From positions 34,486 to 98,485 of the forward strand of contig JAVBMV010000007.1 of the NCBI GenBank assembly GCA_031552145.1: a stretch of DNA of 64,000 nt. The letters are read 5' to 3'. The stretch comes from Myxococcales bacterium (GTDB lineage Bacteria; Myxococcota; Myxococcia; Myxococcales; UBA5297). The notes under the pieces are model-generated. The model was not told the DNA's origin. It did no database searches and was given only the letters and a program-made list of their open reading frames with translations. This document shows, one piece after another, positions 43,278 to 52,768 of the stretch (position 1 is the stretch's first letter; each line of letters begins with the position of its first letter). The translations under genes and the position numbers were made by a program.

Positions 43278-44636
43278 ATGAAGACCAAGACCCTCTTTTC
43301 GTGTGAGTCCTGCGGCCGCAAAGAGCCGAAGTGGCTGGGGCGCTGCCCCGACTGCGGCGAGTGGAACTGCTTCGTCGAGGAGCTGGCGCCCAGGGCGGGC
43401 GAGAAGAACCCGGCCTGGGCGAGCGGCGCCAGCGGCGGGAAGCCGGTGCCGCTCTCCGAGGTGAGCTTCGAAGCGGAGGAGCGGCTCCACACGGGCATCG
43501 CTGAGCTCGACCGCGTGCTGGGCGGCGGCGTCGTGCCGGGGGCGCTGATGCTTTTGGGCGGCGACCCGGGCATCGGAAAGAGCACGCTGCTCATCGCGGC
43601 GCTCGACCGGCTGGCGAAGGGGCGCCCCGCGCTCTACGTGACGGGCGAGGAGTCACTGCGTCAGACGCGGATGCGCGCGGAGCGGCTCGGCATCACCAAC
43701 CCCGCGCTTCATCTGCTCTCCGAGACCGACGCCGCGCGCGTGCTGGCCGAGGCGGAGGCGATGCGCCCGAGCGCGCTGGCGATCGACTCGATTCAGACGC
43801 TCTTTCTTCCAGAGCTGGGCAGCGCGCCGGGTACCTTGAGCCAGGTGCGCGAGGTCTCGGGGCGCCTGATGGCCTTCGCCAAGCGCAACGAGATACCGAC
43901 ATTTATTGTCGGACACGTCACCAAGGATGGCGCCATCGCGGGCCCCCGGGTCCTCGAGCACATGGTCGATACGGTGCTCTATTTCGAGGGCGACCGCGGC
44001 CATCCCTTCCGCGTGCTGCGTGCCCACAAGAACCGCTTCGGCTCCACCAACGAGGTGGGCGTCTTCGAAATGAAGGCGGGAGGGCTGGCCGAGGTAGCCG
44101 ATCCCTCTTCGCTCTTCCTCGCCGAGCGACCCAAGGGGGCCTCGGGCTCGGCGGTGACCGCGACGCTCTCGGGCACGCGCCCGCTGCTGGTCGAGGTACA
44201 GGCGCTGGTGGCGCCGACGGGCTACGGCACCGCGCGCCGCACCACTATGGGCGTCGACCACGCGCGCGTGGCGCTGCTCGCCGCGGTGCTGGAGAAGAAA
44301 CAGGGCGTCGACCTCGTCGGCTGCGATCTCTTCGTGAATGTCGCGGGCGGGATCGAGCTGGGAGAGCCCGCCGCCGACCTCGCCATCCTGGCGGCGCTCG
44401 TCTCGAGCGTGCGCGATCTACCGCTCGAACCCACCACTCTCGTCATGGGTGAAGTGGGCCTTGCGGGGGAGGTGCGCGCCATCGGCCAGGTCGAGCAACG
44501 CCTCGTCGAGGCGGCCAAAATGGGCTTCAAGCGCGCCGTGCTCCCCGCCGCGAGCGCGCGCCGCCTGGAGCGCGCGCCCCTGGAGCTCTTCCCGGTGGAG
44601 AGCGTCTCGGCGGCGCTGGCGGGACTCTTTGACTAG
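43278..44636 (+). CDS. radA: DNA repair protein RadA/Sms
   Basis: MKTKTLFSCESCGRKEPKWLGRCPDCGEWN... (zinc finger), ...LLGGDPGIGKSTLL... (Walker A) and ...KNRFGSTNEVGVFEM.... Confidence 0.95.
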   Translation: MKTKTLFSCESCGRKEPKWLGRCPDCGEWNCFVEELAPRAGEKNPAWASGASGGKPVPLSEVSFEAEERLHTGIAELDRVLGGGVVPGALMLLGGDPGIGKSTLLIAALDRLAKGRPALYVTGEESLRQTRMRAERLGITNPALHLLSETDAARVLAEAEAMRPSALAIDSIQTLFLPELGSAPGTLSQVREVSGRLMAFAKRNEIPTFIVGHVTKDGAIAGPRVLEHMVDTVLYFEGDRGHPFRVLRAHKNRFGSTNEVGVFEMKAGGLAEVADPSSLFLAERPKGASGSAVTATLSGTRPLLVEVQALVAPTGYGTARRTTMGVDHARVALLAAVLEKKQGVDLVGCDLFVNVAGGIELGEPAADLAILAALVSSVRDLPLEPTTLVMGEVGLAGEVRAIGQVEQRLVEAAKMGFKRAVLPAASARRLERAPLELFPVESVSAALAGLFD

Positions 44637-46510
44637 GGACATGTGACCCCCACGGCATCGGGCTCGACGGCGACGCTCTCGCCCGCCCCCGCCAGGTTCT
44701 CGATCGCGACGCGCCAGGGGCGGCCGCCGGCGCAGAGCTCTATCGCCATCCCCGTGGGGGTCGGCGTGGCCTGGGCGCGCGCCGGGAGCGCCGCGAAGGG
44801 CCCGGTAGCGAAGAGCGTGGCGAAGTCGGCGCTGGGCGCGTCCTTGGTGTAGCGGAGCACCTGATTCGGTACCTTCACTTGGTATTCTTCGGAGTACCAA
44901 CCATCGATCGGGGCCGTGGCGCCGCGCACGCTCTCCACTGTCTGCCCCTCGGGTAGCGCCTGCCGCAGCGCCAAGACGGGACCCGTGGCATCGGTGCCGT
45001 CCCCCTCGGCGCTCACTGTCACGTCGGGCGGGAAGTGCCACATCTGGGTATAGCGGTGTGGTGCGGCGCTCGTGAGGCGGTCGAGCACCAGCACCAGATC
45101 GCGCTGCAGCATCAGCACCGCGCGCGCGTGGCGCACGCCCGCGTAGAGCTCGTGGTAGCCGGATTGGTAGAGCCAGCCCTCGCCCTGCTGCGCCAACGCC
45201 GGGATCGCCGCGCCCTCGCCCTGATTCACGCCGTCGACCAGCACGGTGTTATGGGCGCTGGTGCCGATGAAGTATTCGCGCTCGGGCCCTTCGACGTAGC
45301 TGTAGAGCCCCGAGTCCGCGAGCAGCGTGCGCCCCGCGGAGTAGAGGTTGATGCTGAGGGCATCGTGCTGGCTCTGGATGGTGCGGTAGGGGCTCAAATC
45401 AAAGACGAGGTGGGTCTGCGCCTCGAACTCCTCTCCCGCGCCGAAGCCGCTGCGCAGAATGGCGAAGCTGGACGAGGGGAAGAAGAGGTAGCGCTCCGTC
45501 GGCTCGTGCCCTCGCTCACCGGCCGTCATCACATAGTCGAACTCGGGGCTGCGGCCGCGGATCTCGTCGTAGACCTCCCGCTCGTAGGACCGCATGTTGC
45601 GGACCAGGCTCGCAGCGATCATCGGGATGTAGCCGTTGGGTTGCACAATATAGGTGCCGAAGCGGATCATCGAATCGACCGTCGGCTCCAGGCGCGCCGT
45701 CACCTCGATGTCGTTGATCTTCCCCCATGCCAAGACCTGCCAGAGCGCCGTGAGGATATAGAAGTGGTAGTAGGGCGAGAGCTCGTTCGCCACGCCGTCG
45801 GTACCCACGGCGTCGTTCATCAGCGAGTCGAGGCGCGCGCGCCCCAGCAGCCCCCACTCCGCGGCCCCTTCCATCTTGGGGAAGTTGGCCGCGATGAGCA
45901 CCAGCGCCGCCGCCTCGGTGATACCGTGGTTGTAGTCGCGGTCGAAGTGATCGGGGTCGGCGAGAAAGAGGCCGGTGTTGGAGATGAGCGTGCGCAGCAT
46001 CGCCTCCTCTCCTTTACGGAAGGCGTCGGCGCGCGCCAGCTTCGCGTAGATGTTGGTGAGCACCATCGCTCGGTAGGCGGTGGAGTGCTTATCCCGGCTG
46101 AAGCTGCTCTCCTGGCCGCGCTCGTAGAAGCTGGTCACCACCTCCATGAGCTTGTCGCGGTAGACGCGCTTTCCCGTCTCGCGCCACGCCGCGAGCAAGG
46201 GGGCCGTGGCGCGCATGCTGTAGAACATGAAGCGCCAATATTTCTCCTCAAAGGGATTCTCCGTCCAGGTGAGCTGCTCCGGCAGCACCACTGGCTCGTA
46301 GCGGGGCACCGGCCAGAGGTTCTTCAAGATGGCGTCGGCGTCGGCGAGCTCCCCCCTGTCGAGGAAGAGGTACATGAGCTCCAGCTTGGGCGGCCCTTCG
46401 CGCGAGCACCCCGGCGAGCCGCAGAGCTTCTCGTACTCCGGCGTCTCACATCCTGTGGGCAGCGCGAGCGCGCAGAGCGCGGCGATCCCCCATCGTGCAG
46501 CTCGGCGCAT
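44633..46510 (-). CDS. Heparinase II/III-like (polysaccharide lyase-like) lipoprotein
   Basis: It has the leader MRRAARWGIAALCALALPTGCE. The body contains ...SPYYHFYIL... and ...GTSAHNTVLVDGVNQ.... Confidence 0.7.
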   Translation of the reverse strand: MRRAARWGIAALCALALPTGCETPEYEKLCGSPGCSREGPPKLELMYLFLDRGELADADAILKNLWPVPRYEPVVLPEQLTWTENPFEEKYWRFMFYSMRATAPLLAAWRETGKRVYRDKLMEVVTSFYERGQESSFSRDKHSTAYRAMVLTNIYAKLARADAFRKGEEAMLRTLISNTGLFLADPDHFDRDYNHGITEAAALVLIAANFPKMEGAAEWGLLGRARLDSLMNDAVGTDGVANELSPYYHFYILTALWQVLAWGKINDIEVTARLEPTVDSMIRFGTYIVQPNGYIPMIAASLVRNMRSYEREVYDEIRGRSPEFDYVMTAGERGHEPTERYLFFPSSSFAILRSGFGAGEEFEAQTHLVFDLSPYRTIQSQHDALSINLYSAGRTLLADSGLYSYVEGPEREYFIGTSAHNTVLVDGVNQGEGAAIPALAQQGEGWLYQSGYHELYAGVRHARAVLMLQRDLVLVLDRLTSAAPHRYTQMWHFPPDVTVSAEGDGTDATGPVLALRQALPEGQTVESVRGATAPIDGWYSEEYQVKVPNQVLRYTKDAPSADFATLFATGPFAALPARAQATPTPTGMAIELCAGGRPWRVAIENLAGAGESVAVEPDAVGVTCP

Positions 46511-46730
46511 TGGGTCTTCTCCTCCCTAAGTGCTTCGAGCGGTGCCCTTACTGAGAAAGAAGGTTGCGGCGCCGGGAAAAGTGGTGACAGCCGCTCGAAG
46601 GGTGCCGCTCCCCCGAGGCGCACCCGCCCGCCCGCGCGGGGCGCCCCTGTTGACATCGGCCCTCCTATGGGGGGAAGGATGAAAGCGGTCGTCACTCGGG
46701 CGGCCGCTGTCCACTCATACGAGGATGTCC

Positions 46731-48206
46731 ATGCGAATCGCTCATCTCTCCGCGGAGGCCTCTCCGCTCGCGAAGACAGGTGGACTGGGTGACGTCGTCG
46801 GCGCGCTGCCGGAGGCGCAGCGCGCGCTGGGACACGAGGCGACCGTCTGGATCCCGCTCTATCGACAGGCGCGCGAAGAGCTGCGCCGCCGCTCGATCGA
46901 TCCCGAGTGGGTCACCGAGCCCTTCGCGCTCGACCTGGGCTTCGCGCGCTATCAGATCGGCCTGCTCAAGGCGACGCTCCCCGACACCCGCGTGAGCGTC
47001 TATATGATCGGCTGCGACGAGCTCTTCGATCGCCCGGGGCTCTACAGCCGCGACGCGGCGGGGCGCGATGACAGCCACCGCCGCTACTCCGTCTTCGTGC
47101 GCGCGGCGCTCGAGGCGATGCGACGCATCGGTTGGATCCCCAACGTCCTCCACGCCCACGATTGGCACGCCGCGCTGGCTCCCATGGCGCTCGCCTGGGA
47201 CAGCCCCGTTGACTGGCACTTCGCGCAGACCTCCACGGTGCTCACGCTCCACAACTTGGCCTATCAGGGCGTCTATCCCGTCAGCGAGTTCGTCCACATG
47301 GGCCTACCGACCGCGGCGCGGGGCAGCGTCACCGCGCTCGGCTCGCTCAACTTCCTGAAGGGCGGCCTCTTGGCGGCGGATGCCATCACCGCCGTCTCTC
47401 CCAACTATGCCTGGGAGATCACGACGCCCGAAGGCGGCTTCGGGCTCGACGCCGTCATGCGAAGCCGCACCGCCGACCTGCACGGCATCCTCAATGGCAT
47501 CGATCTGAGCATCTGGGATCCGGCCATCGACCGCAAGCTCCCCTACCGGTACACCCCCTGTGATCTGCGTGGGAAAGAAGAGAACCGGCGCACCCTCCTC
47601 ACCATGGCGGGAATGGACGAAGCCGACCCGGGGATGGTGGTGGGGATCATCGGCCGACTCGTCGAGCAGAAGGGGTACGACCTACTCTTCCCTGTGCTGG
47701 ACGAGCTCTTCGCCGACGGCATCCGCTTTATCTTCCTCGGCTCGGGGGAGCCCCACTACGAGGCGGCCGTGCGTGCCTTTAGCCAGCGCGCGCGCGGTCG
47801 CTTCTGGGGACATGTGGGCTTCGACGATCTGCTCGCGCACCTGATCGAGGCGGGCTGCGACACCTTCCTGATGCCATCGCGCTTCGAGCCCTGCGGGCTC
47901 AATCAGCTCTACTCGCTCAAGTATGGCACCTTGCCCATCGTGCGGCGCGTGGGCGGGCTGGCCGACACGGTGATCGCCTACGAGGGCACCAACGCCGAGA
48001 GCGCCACCGGCTTCGGCTTCGACGCGCCCGAGCCGAGCGCACTGCGCGAGACGGTGCGCTGGGCCAACAAGTGTTTCAAGGCGCCCGCGCTCTGGCGGCA
48101 GCTGATGCTCAACGCCATGGCGCAGGACTACAGCTGGGAGCGTTCGGCGAAGCGCTATGTGGCGCTCTATGAGGAGCTGGTGGCGCGCAGGAAGGGCGCA
48201 CGCTGA
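46731..48206 (+). CDS. glgA: Glycogen synthase (ADP-glucose type)
   Basis: MRIAHLSAEASPLAKTGGLGDVVGALPEA..., ...HAHDWHAA... and ...MPSRFEPCGLNQLYSLKYGTLPIVRRVGGLADTV.... Confidence 0.9.
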   Translation: MRIAHLSAEASPLAKTGGLGDVVGALPEAQRALGHEATVWIPLYRQAREELRRRSIDPEWVTEPFALDLGFARYQIGLLKATLPDTRVSVYMIGCDELFDRPGLYSRDAAGRDDSHRRYSVFVRAALEAMRRIGWIPNVLHAHDWHAALAPMALAWDSPVDWHFAQTSTVLTLHNLAYQGVYPVSEFVHMGLPTAARGSVTALGSLNFLKGGLLAADAITAVSPNYAWEITTPEGGFGLDAVMRSRTADLHGILNGIDLSIWDPAIDRKLPYRYTPCDLRGKEENRRTLLTMAGMDEADPGMVVGIIGRLVEQKGYDLLFPVLDELFADGIRFIFLGSGEPHYEAAVRAFSQRARGRFWGHVGFDDLLAHLIEAGCDTFLMPSRFEPCGLNQLYSLKYGTLPIVRRVGGLADTVIAYEGTNAESATGFGFDAPEPSALRETVRWANKCFKAPALWRQLMLNAMAQDYSWERSAKRYVALYEELVARRKGAR

Positions 48207-48263
48207 AGGGGCCCGCCTCTGCCCCATTGCCAAGGCGGGCGCGAGGGTGTCTCCTCCAGGCCC

Positions 48264-51200
48264 ATGGAAAGCTCACCTCGACAGGCGCCCGCGGCGCCGC
48301 CGCCGAAGAACGCCTTCGTGGCGAAGATGCTCGACAGGCTCTATGCCTCGATGGCGACGGGCCCGAGCATCAACTGCAGGCCCGGCAATAGCCGCCAGCG
48401 GCTCGATCTGACGCTGCTGCGGGAGCTGGAGGGGCCGACGCCAGAGGAGCTGATCGCCACGCTGCTCGGCGATGGGCGCAAGGTGACCTACAAGGCACCG
48501 CTGGCGAGAGCCCCGGGAGCCGCGCAGGAGGAAGAGGGCGAAGAGCGCTCCCCCGAGGCGCGCGCGCTGAGGGCGCGGGCGCGCGCCCAGGCCTCGGTCC
48601 TGCGCAAGCTCTCCGTCATCGCCGACGACGCGCTCACCTTCGAGAACGAGACGGGCGCGCAGGTGCTCTTCATTGGATTACCGCTGCTCTCCATCCCCCC
48701 GGGCGGCGCGGGCGCCAACGCGCTTCTCTCTCGGCGCGTCTTGGCACCGATCGCCTTCATCCCCGTCAAGCTCACCGTCAAGGCGGGGCGCGTCCCGGTG
48801 ATCGAGCTGGAGTCCTGTGGCGCGGGACTCGATCGCATCTTTTCGAATAGCGCGCTGATGACCTGGCTGGAACAGCAGACAGGGCACGCGCTGCGGGAAC
48901 TCTATTCGGCCGACGAGGAAGTAGAACCTTGGGAGGAGCTGAACGGGCTCCTCTCGGCGCTGGCCGCTGCGCTCGAGCTGCCGGCACCGGCGGCGCTGAC
49001 GCCTGTAACGCTGCGCCTTCTCCCCGCCACCAGCGCAGGGGAAGAGGAGGGAGAGTCGGCGGCGGAGCTGCCCATACCCACGATCGCGCAGAGCGCCGTG
49101 CTGGGGCTCTTCCCTCTGCCGAACCAGAACCTGATCAAGGACATGGAGGCGCTCGCCGAAGGAGAGGCGCACCAGGGTCCCATCGAGAGTTTCCTCAAAG
49201 CCAATTCCTCCTTCGACGCGGAGGCGCAGAGCGCGGGCGCGGCGCGGCGGCTCCATGACGACCGGCTCGTCACCGTTGCCGACCCCTGCCAGGCGCGGGC
49301 CGTACGGCTGGCGCGCACGTCGCGGAGCCTCGTGATTCACGGACCTCCGGGCAGCGGCAAGTCACAGACCATCGCCAACATGATCGGCGATCACCTCTGC
49401 CGGGGTGAGCGGGTGCTCTTCGTCTGTGACAAGCGCACCGCCCTCGACGTGGTGAAGAACCGGCTCGACGCGCTGGGGCTCGGCGGTCTTTGCGCGGTGG
49501 TGCATGACGCCCGACGCGATCAGCGCGAGCTCTACCTGGCCATCCGCGAGCAGCTCGACGCGCTGCCGGAGCGCAGCGCCCAGGGCGCCCAAGGCAGCGG
49601 CGCGGCCGAGCGGCTCGCGCGCCTCGACCATGAGCTGACGGCGCTCCACGGCGAGCTGGCCGCGCACGACCGCGCGCTGGCGGAGCGCCCCACGCCAGCG
49701 GAGCATTCCTTCCGCGAACTGGCGGGGCTCTGGCTCTCCACGAAGGTGGAAGAGGGATTGGCCGCCGCGACTGCGCCGCTCTCGCAGGCGCGCCTCCCCT
49801 TCTCCGCGCTCGGCGGCTGGGAGCTGCGGTGCCGAGAACTCTTGGCGCGCGCTCAGGCCGCCGCCTGGCCCAAGAGCCCGCTGCGCGAGCGCTTCGCCTT
49901 CGAACCGAAGCTGGCGCGCCTGCTGCATACTTCGCGGGGACAGAGCGAGCCCGCGCGGCTCAGGAGCACTCTGGAGGCCTACAGTTCCGCGTCGCGCACC
50001 TGGCACGCGGTCTTCCATTTCATAAAGCGGCGCCGTGCCATCTTCGCGCTGCTGCGGTTCGGCCTGGAGCTCACGGACGAGAACCTGGCCCGCGCGCTGC
50101 GCTACTTGAAGGGGTTGGAGGAGCGAGAACAACAGCCGCTCGCCGGCGGAGAGACAGTGAAGCGGCTCGAGGAGGGACTCGCGGCGCTACCCGAACCCCT
50201 GGGCGACGCGCTCTGTGCGCTCTTCGAAATAGGCGTAGGCGAAGAGGAGGGATGGCAGGCGCTGCGGCGCGCGGTCGCCACGGGCGAGCTGGCGCGCAGG
50301 CTCGAGGAGAACCCCGCGCTCGTCTCGCTCGACTCCCAGCGGCTGCAGGCGCTCCACAACCGTTACCGCGACCTGGAAAATGCTCGCGCGGCGCTCGTGC
50401 GCGAGGCGGTGGCGGACCGCTGGTTCGTTAGACAGCGCGCGCGGCTCCTCGCCGCCACCGGCAGCAGACTCAACGCCACGGCGACCGAGGTGAAGCGGCG
50501 GCTGATGCTCCGAGGCGAGCGCGCCATGAAGGTGCGGCAGGTGATCGCGGCGGGCGCGGGCATCGAAGGAGGCGATCCGCTCTTCGATCTGCGCCCCGTC
50601 TGGATGGCGAGTCCGGGGACCGTCGCACAGCTCTTCCCGCGCGCACCGCTCTTCGACGTGGTGATCTTCGACGAGTCATCCCAGTGCCGGTTGGAGGAGG
50701 CCATCCCGGTGCTGACGCGCGCGCGCCGCACGGTGATCGCCGGCGATCCGAAGCAGCTCCCTCCCACGCGCTTCTTCGAGTCAGCCATCGCGCAGAGCGA
50801 GGCGGCGCAGAACGTGGCGGAAGATGAGCAGTCGCTCTTCGAGGAGCAGCAGGGTGACGTGGAGGATCTTCTGGGCGCCGCGCTCAACCTGGAGACGGAG
50901 CAGGCCTTTCTCGATGTCCACTACCGCTCCGAAAATGGAGACCTGATCGCCTTCTCCAATCAGCACTTCTACGAGTCGCGCCTGCAGCCGCTGCCAGCGC
51001 GCCCCGGCGCGCGGCCACCCGAGCCCCCGGTGCGCCTGATCCACGCGGGTGGCACCTATGAAAAGCGCGCCAATCCCCGCGAGGCGGAGGTGGTGGTCAA
51101 TATCGTGCGCGCGCTGCTCGAGCGCCCCACTCCACCCTCCATCGGCATCGCCTGCTTCAACCTGACGCAGCGCGACGCCATCGCCGAGGCGCTCGACGAG

Positions 51201-51971
51201 GCCGCGTTGGCCGAGCCCGCCTTCGGCGCCCGCCTGGCGGAGGCGCGGGCGCGCAGGAGCGCCTCCTCGTTCGAGGGGCTCTTCGTGAAAAATCTCGAGA
51301 ACGTCCAGGGCGACGAGCGCGACCACCTCATCATCAGCACCACCTATGGACCCGACGCAAAGGGGAAGTTCAGGCGGCAGTTCGGGCCGCTGGGGCAGGC
51401 GGGCGGCGGGCGGCGACTCAACGTGCTCATCACGCGCGCGCGCAAGGAGGTGCACCTGGTCACCTCCATCCCGCGGGAGCTCTACCGCGCGCTGCCGCCG
51501 CTCGAGCCGGGGCAGACCCCCGGCGGCGGCTACCTGCTGCTCGCCTATCTGAAGTGGGCGGAGGAGCTGGCGTGTTCGTATGGGCACATACCTTCGGTCA
51601 CGCCCACGGGCGTCCACCTCGCGTCGCTCACCGCCGCGCCGGCGGTCGAGACGAGCGACTTCCCCTCGGCGCTCGCCAGCGAGCTGGCGCGGGTGGAGGC
51701 CTATCTGCCCGCGCTGAACGTCGGGAATGAAGGGTTTCGCATCGACATCGCGCTGCGCGACCCCGCGCGCGCCGAGCTGGCGCCGCTGGGTCTCCTCTGC
51801 GACCGCACGCGCTACGCCAAGGCGCCCGATCGGATCGAGTGGGATCTCTTCCGCGCCGCGACCCTGGAGCGGCAAGGGTGGCGCGTGATGCGCCTCTGGA
51901 CGCCCGAGTTCTTCCGCGACCCCCCCAACCAGCTCAAGCAGATCCGCCAGGCGCTCTCGGGCGGGCGATGA
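48264..51971 (+). CDS. Large SF1 Upf1-like helicase (DUF4011/AAA_11/AAA_12) with a C-terminal DUF559/restriction-endonuclease-like domain
   Basis: Motif I is VIHGPPGSGKSQTI. Motif II is FDVVIFDESSQC. Motif III is VIAGDPKQLPPT. YRS is present. Motif V is ...VQGDERDHLIIS.... Motif VI is ...RRLNVLITRARKEV.... The tail reads ...RIEWDLFRAATLERQGWRVMRLWTPEFF.... Confidence 0.85.
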   Translation: MESSPRQAPAAPPPKNAFVAKMLDRLYASMATGPSINCRPGNSRQRLDLTLLRELEGPTPEELIATLLGDGRKVTYKAPLARAPGAAQEEEGEERSPEARALRARARAQASVLRKLSVIADDALTFENETGAQVLFIGLPLLSIPPGGAGANALLSRRVLAPIAFIPVKLTVKAGRVPVIELESCGAGLDRIFSNSALMTWLEQQTGHALRELYSADEEVEPWEELNGLLSALAAALELPAPAALTPVTLRLLPATSAGEEEGESAAELPIPTIAQSAVLGLFPLPNQNLIKDMEALAEGEAHQGPIESFLKANSSFDAEAQSAGAARRLHDDRLVTVADPCQARAVRLARTSRSLVIHGPPGSGKSQTIANMIGDHLCRGERVLFVCDKRTALDVVKNRLDALGLGGLCAVVHDARRDQRELYLAIREQLDALPERSAQGAQGSGAAERLARLDHELTALHGELAAHDRALAERPTPAEHSFRELAGLWLSTKVEEGLAAATAPLSQARLPFSALGGWELRCRELLARAQAAAWPKSPLRERFAFEPKLARLLHTSRGQSEPARLRSTLEAYSSASRTWHAVFHFIKRRRAIFALLRFGLELTDENLARALRYLKGLEEREQQPLAGGETVKRLEEGLAALPEPLGDALCALFEIGVGEEEGWQALRRAVATGELARRLEENPALVSLDSQRLQALHNRYRDLENARAALVREAVADRWFVRQRARLLAATGSRLNATATEVKRRLMLRGERAMKVRQVIAAGAGIEGGDPLFDLRPVWMASPGTVAQLFPRAPLFDVVIFDESSQCRLEEAIPVLTRARRTVIAGDPKQLPPTRFFESAIAQSEAAQNVAEDEQSLFEEQQGDVEDLLGAALNLETEQAFLDVHYRSENGDLIAFSNQHFYESRLQPLPARPGARPPEPPVRLIHAGGTYEKRANPREAEVVVNIVRALLERPTPPSIGIACFNLTQRDAIAEALDEAALAEPAFGARLAEARARRSASSFEGLFVKNLENVQGDERDHLIISTTYGPDAKGKFRRQFGPLGQAGGGRRLNVLITRARKEVHLVTSIPRELYRALPPLEPGQTPGGGYLLLAYLKWAEELACSYGHIPSVTPTGVHLASLTAAPAVETSDFPSALASELARVEAYLPALNVGNEGFRIDIALRDPARAELAPLGLLCDRTRYAKAPDRIEWDLFRAATLERQGWRVMRLWTPEFFRDPPNQLKQIRQALSGGR

Positions 51972-52693
51972 GCGCGAAGAGACCTACCCTGCCGATTCTC
52001 TTTCGCGACGAGCGGCTCGTCGCGGTCGACAAGCCCTCGGGCCTCCTCGTCCACAGGGGTGGCTGGGGCAACGACCGCGTCGTCGCCATGACGCTGGTGC
52101 GCGACCAGCTCGGGCGCCACGTCTTCCCGCTGCATCGCCTCGACCGCGCGACGAGCGGGGTGCTGCTCTTCGCCCTCTCGTCGGAAGAGGCGGCGCTGCT
52201 CTGCCCGCTCTTCGAGCAGGGCCTGATCGAGAAGCGCTATGTGGCGCTGGTGCGCGGAGTACCCCCCGCCGAGGGCCTCATCGACAGCCCCGTGCCCGGC
52301 TCGCCCTCGGGGCAGCGCCTGCCCGCCGTCACGCGCTTTCGACTCCTTAGCGCCCTCGAGAACCTGTCGGGGCGCTTCTCGCTGGTGGAGGCGATACCGC
52401 TCACCGGCCGGCTCCACCAGATCCGGCGCCACCTGAAGCACCTGGGCCACCCGCTCATCGGCGACGTCAACTACGGTAAGGGCGACCTCAACCGGCTCTT
52501 CCGTGAGCGCTACGGGCTCCGCCGCTTGGCGCTGCACGCGTGCTCGGCGGCCTTCGCCCATCCCGCGACGGGCGAGCGCATCTTTGCAAAGGCGCCGCTG
52601 CCAGAGGACCTGGCGGGGCCCCTCCTCGCTCTAGGAGTGCCCGCAGCGGTGTTGGAGCCGCTGGGCCACGGAGCAGCGGGCGGACCGCGGTGA
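51968..52693 (+). CDS. RluA-family pseudouridine synthase (TruC/RluA-like)
   Basis: It has an ATGA overlap with the helicase stop. The protein reads MSAKRPTLPILFRDERLVAVDKPSGLLVH...HRLDRATSGVLLFA...GRLHQIRRHLKHLGHPLIGD... Confidence 0.85.
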   Translation: MSAKRPTLPILFRDERLVAVDKPSGLLVHRGGWGNDRVVAMTLVRDQLGRHVFPLHRLDRATSGVLLFALSSEEAALLCPLFEQGLIEKRYVALVRGVPPAEGLIDSPVPGSPSGQRLPAVTRFRLLSALENLSGRFSLVEAIPLTGRLHQIRRHLKHLGHPLIGDVNYGKGDLNRLFRERYGLRRLALHACSAAFAHPATGERIFAKAPLPEDLAGPLLALGVPAAVLEPLGHGAAGGPR

Positions 52694-52768
52694 CACGGAG
52701 CGTCACGGACCCTCGTTCACATGGCCAGCCCCAAGGACCGATGATAACCTCGGCGAGAGGAGTGACCT

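Noticed and set aside
46520-46610. The inverted repeat CTTCGAGCGG...CCGCTCGAAG in the intergenic region between the heparinase-like gene and glgA.
   Set aside because: It is a single 10-bp repeat with a long spacer. It has no associated promoter or terminator features that I could verify.
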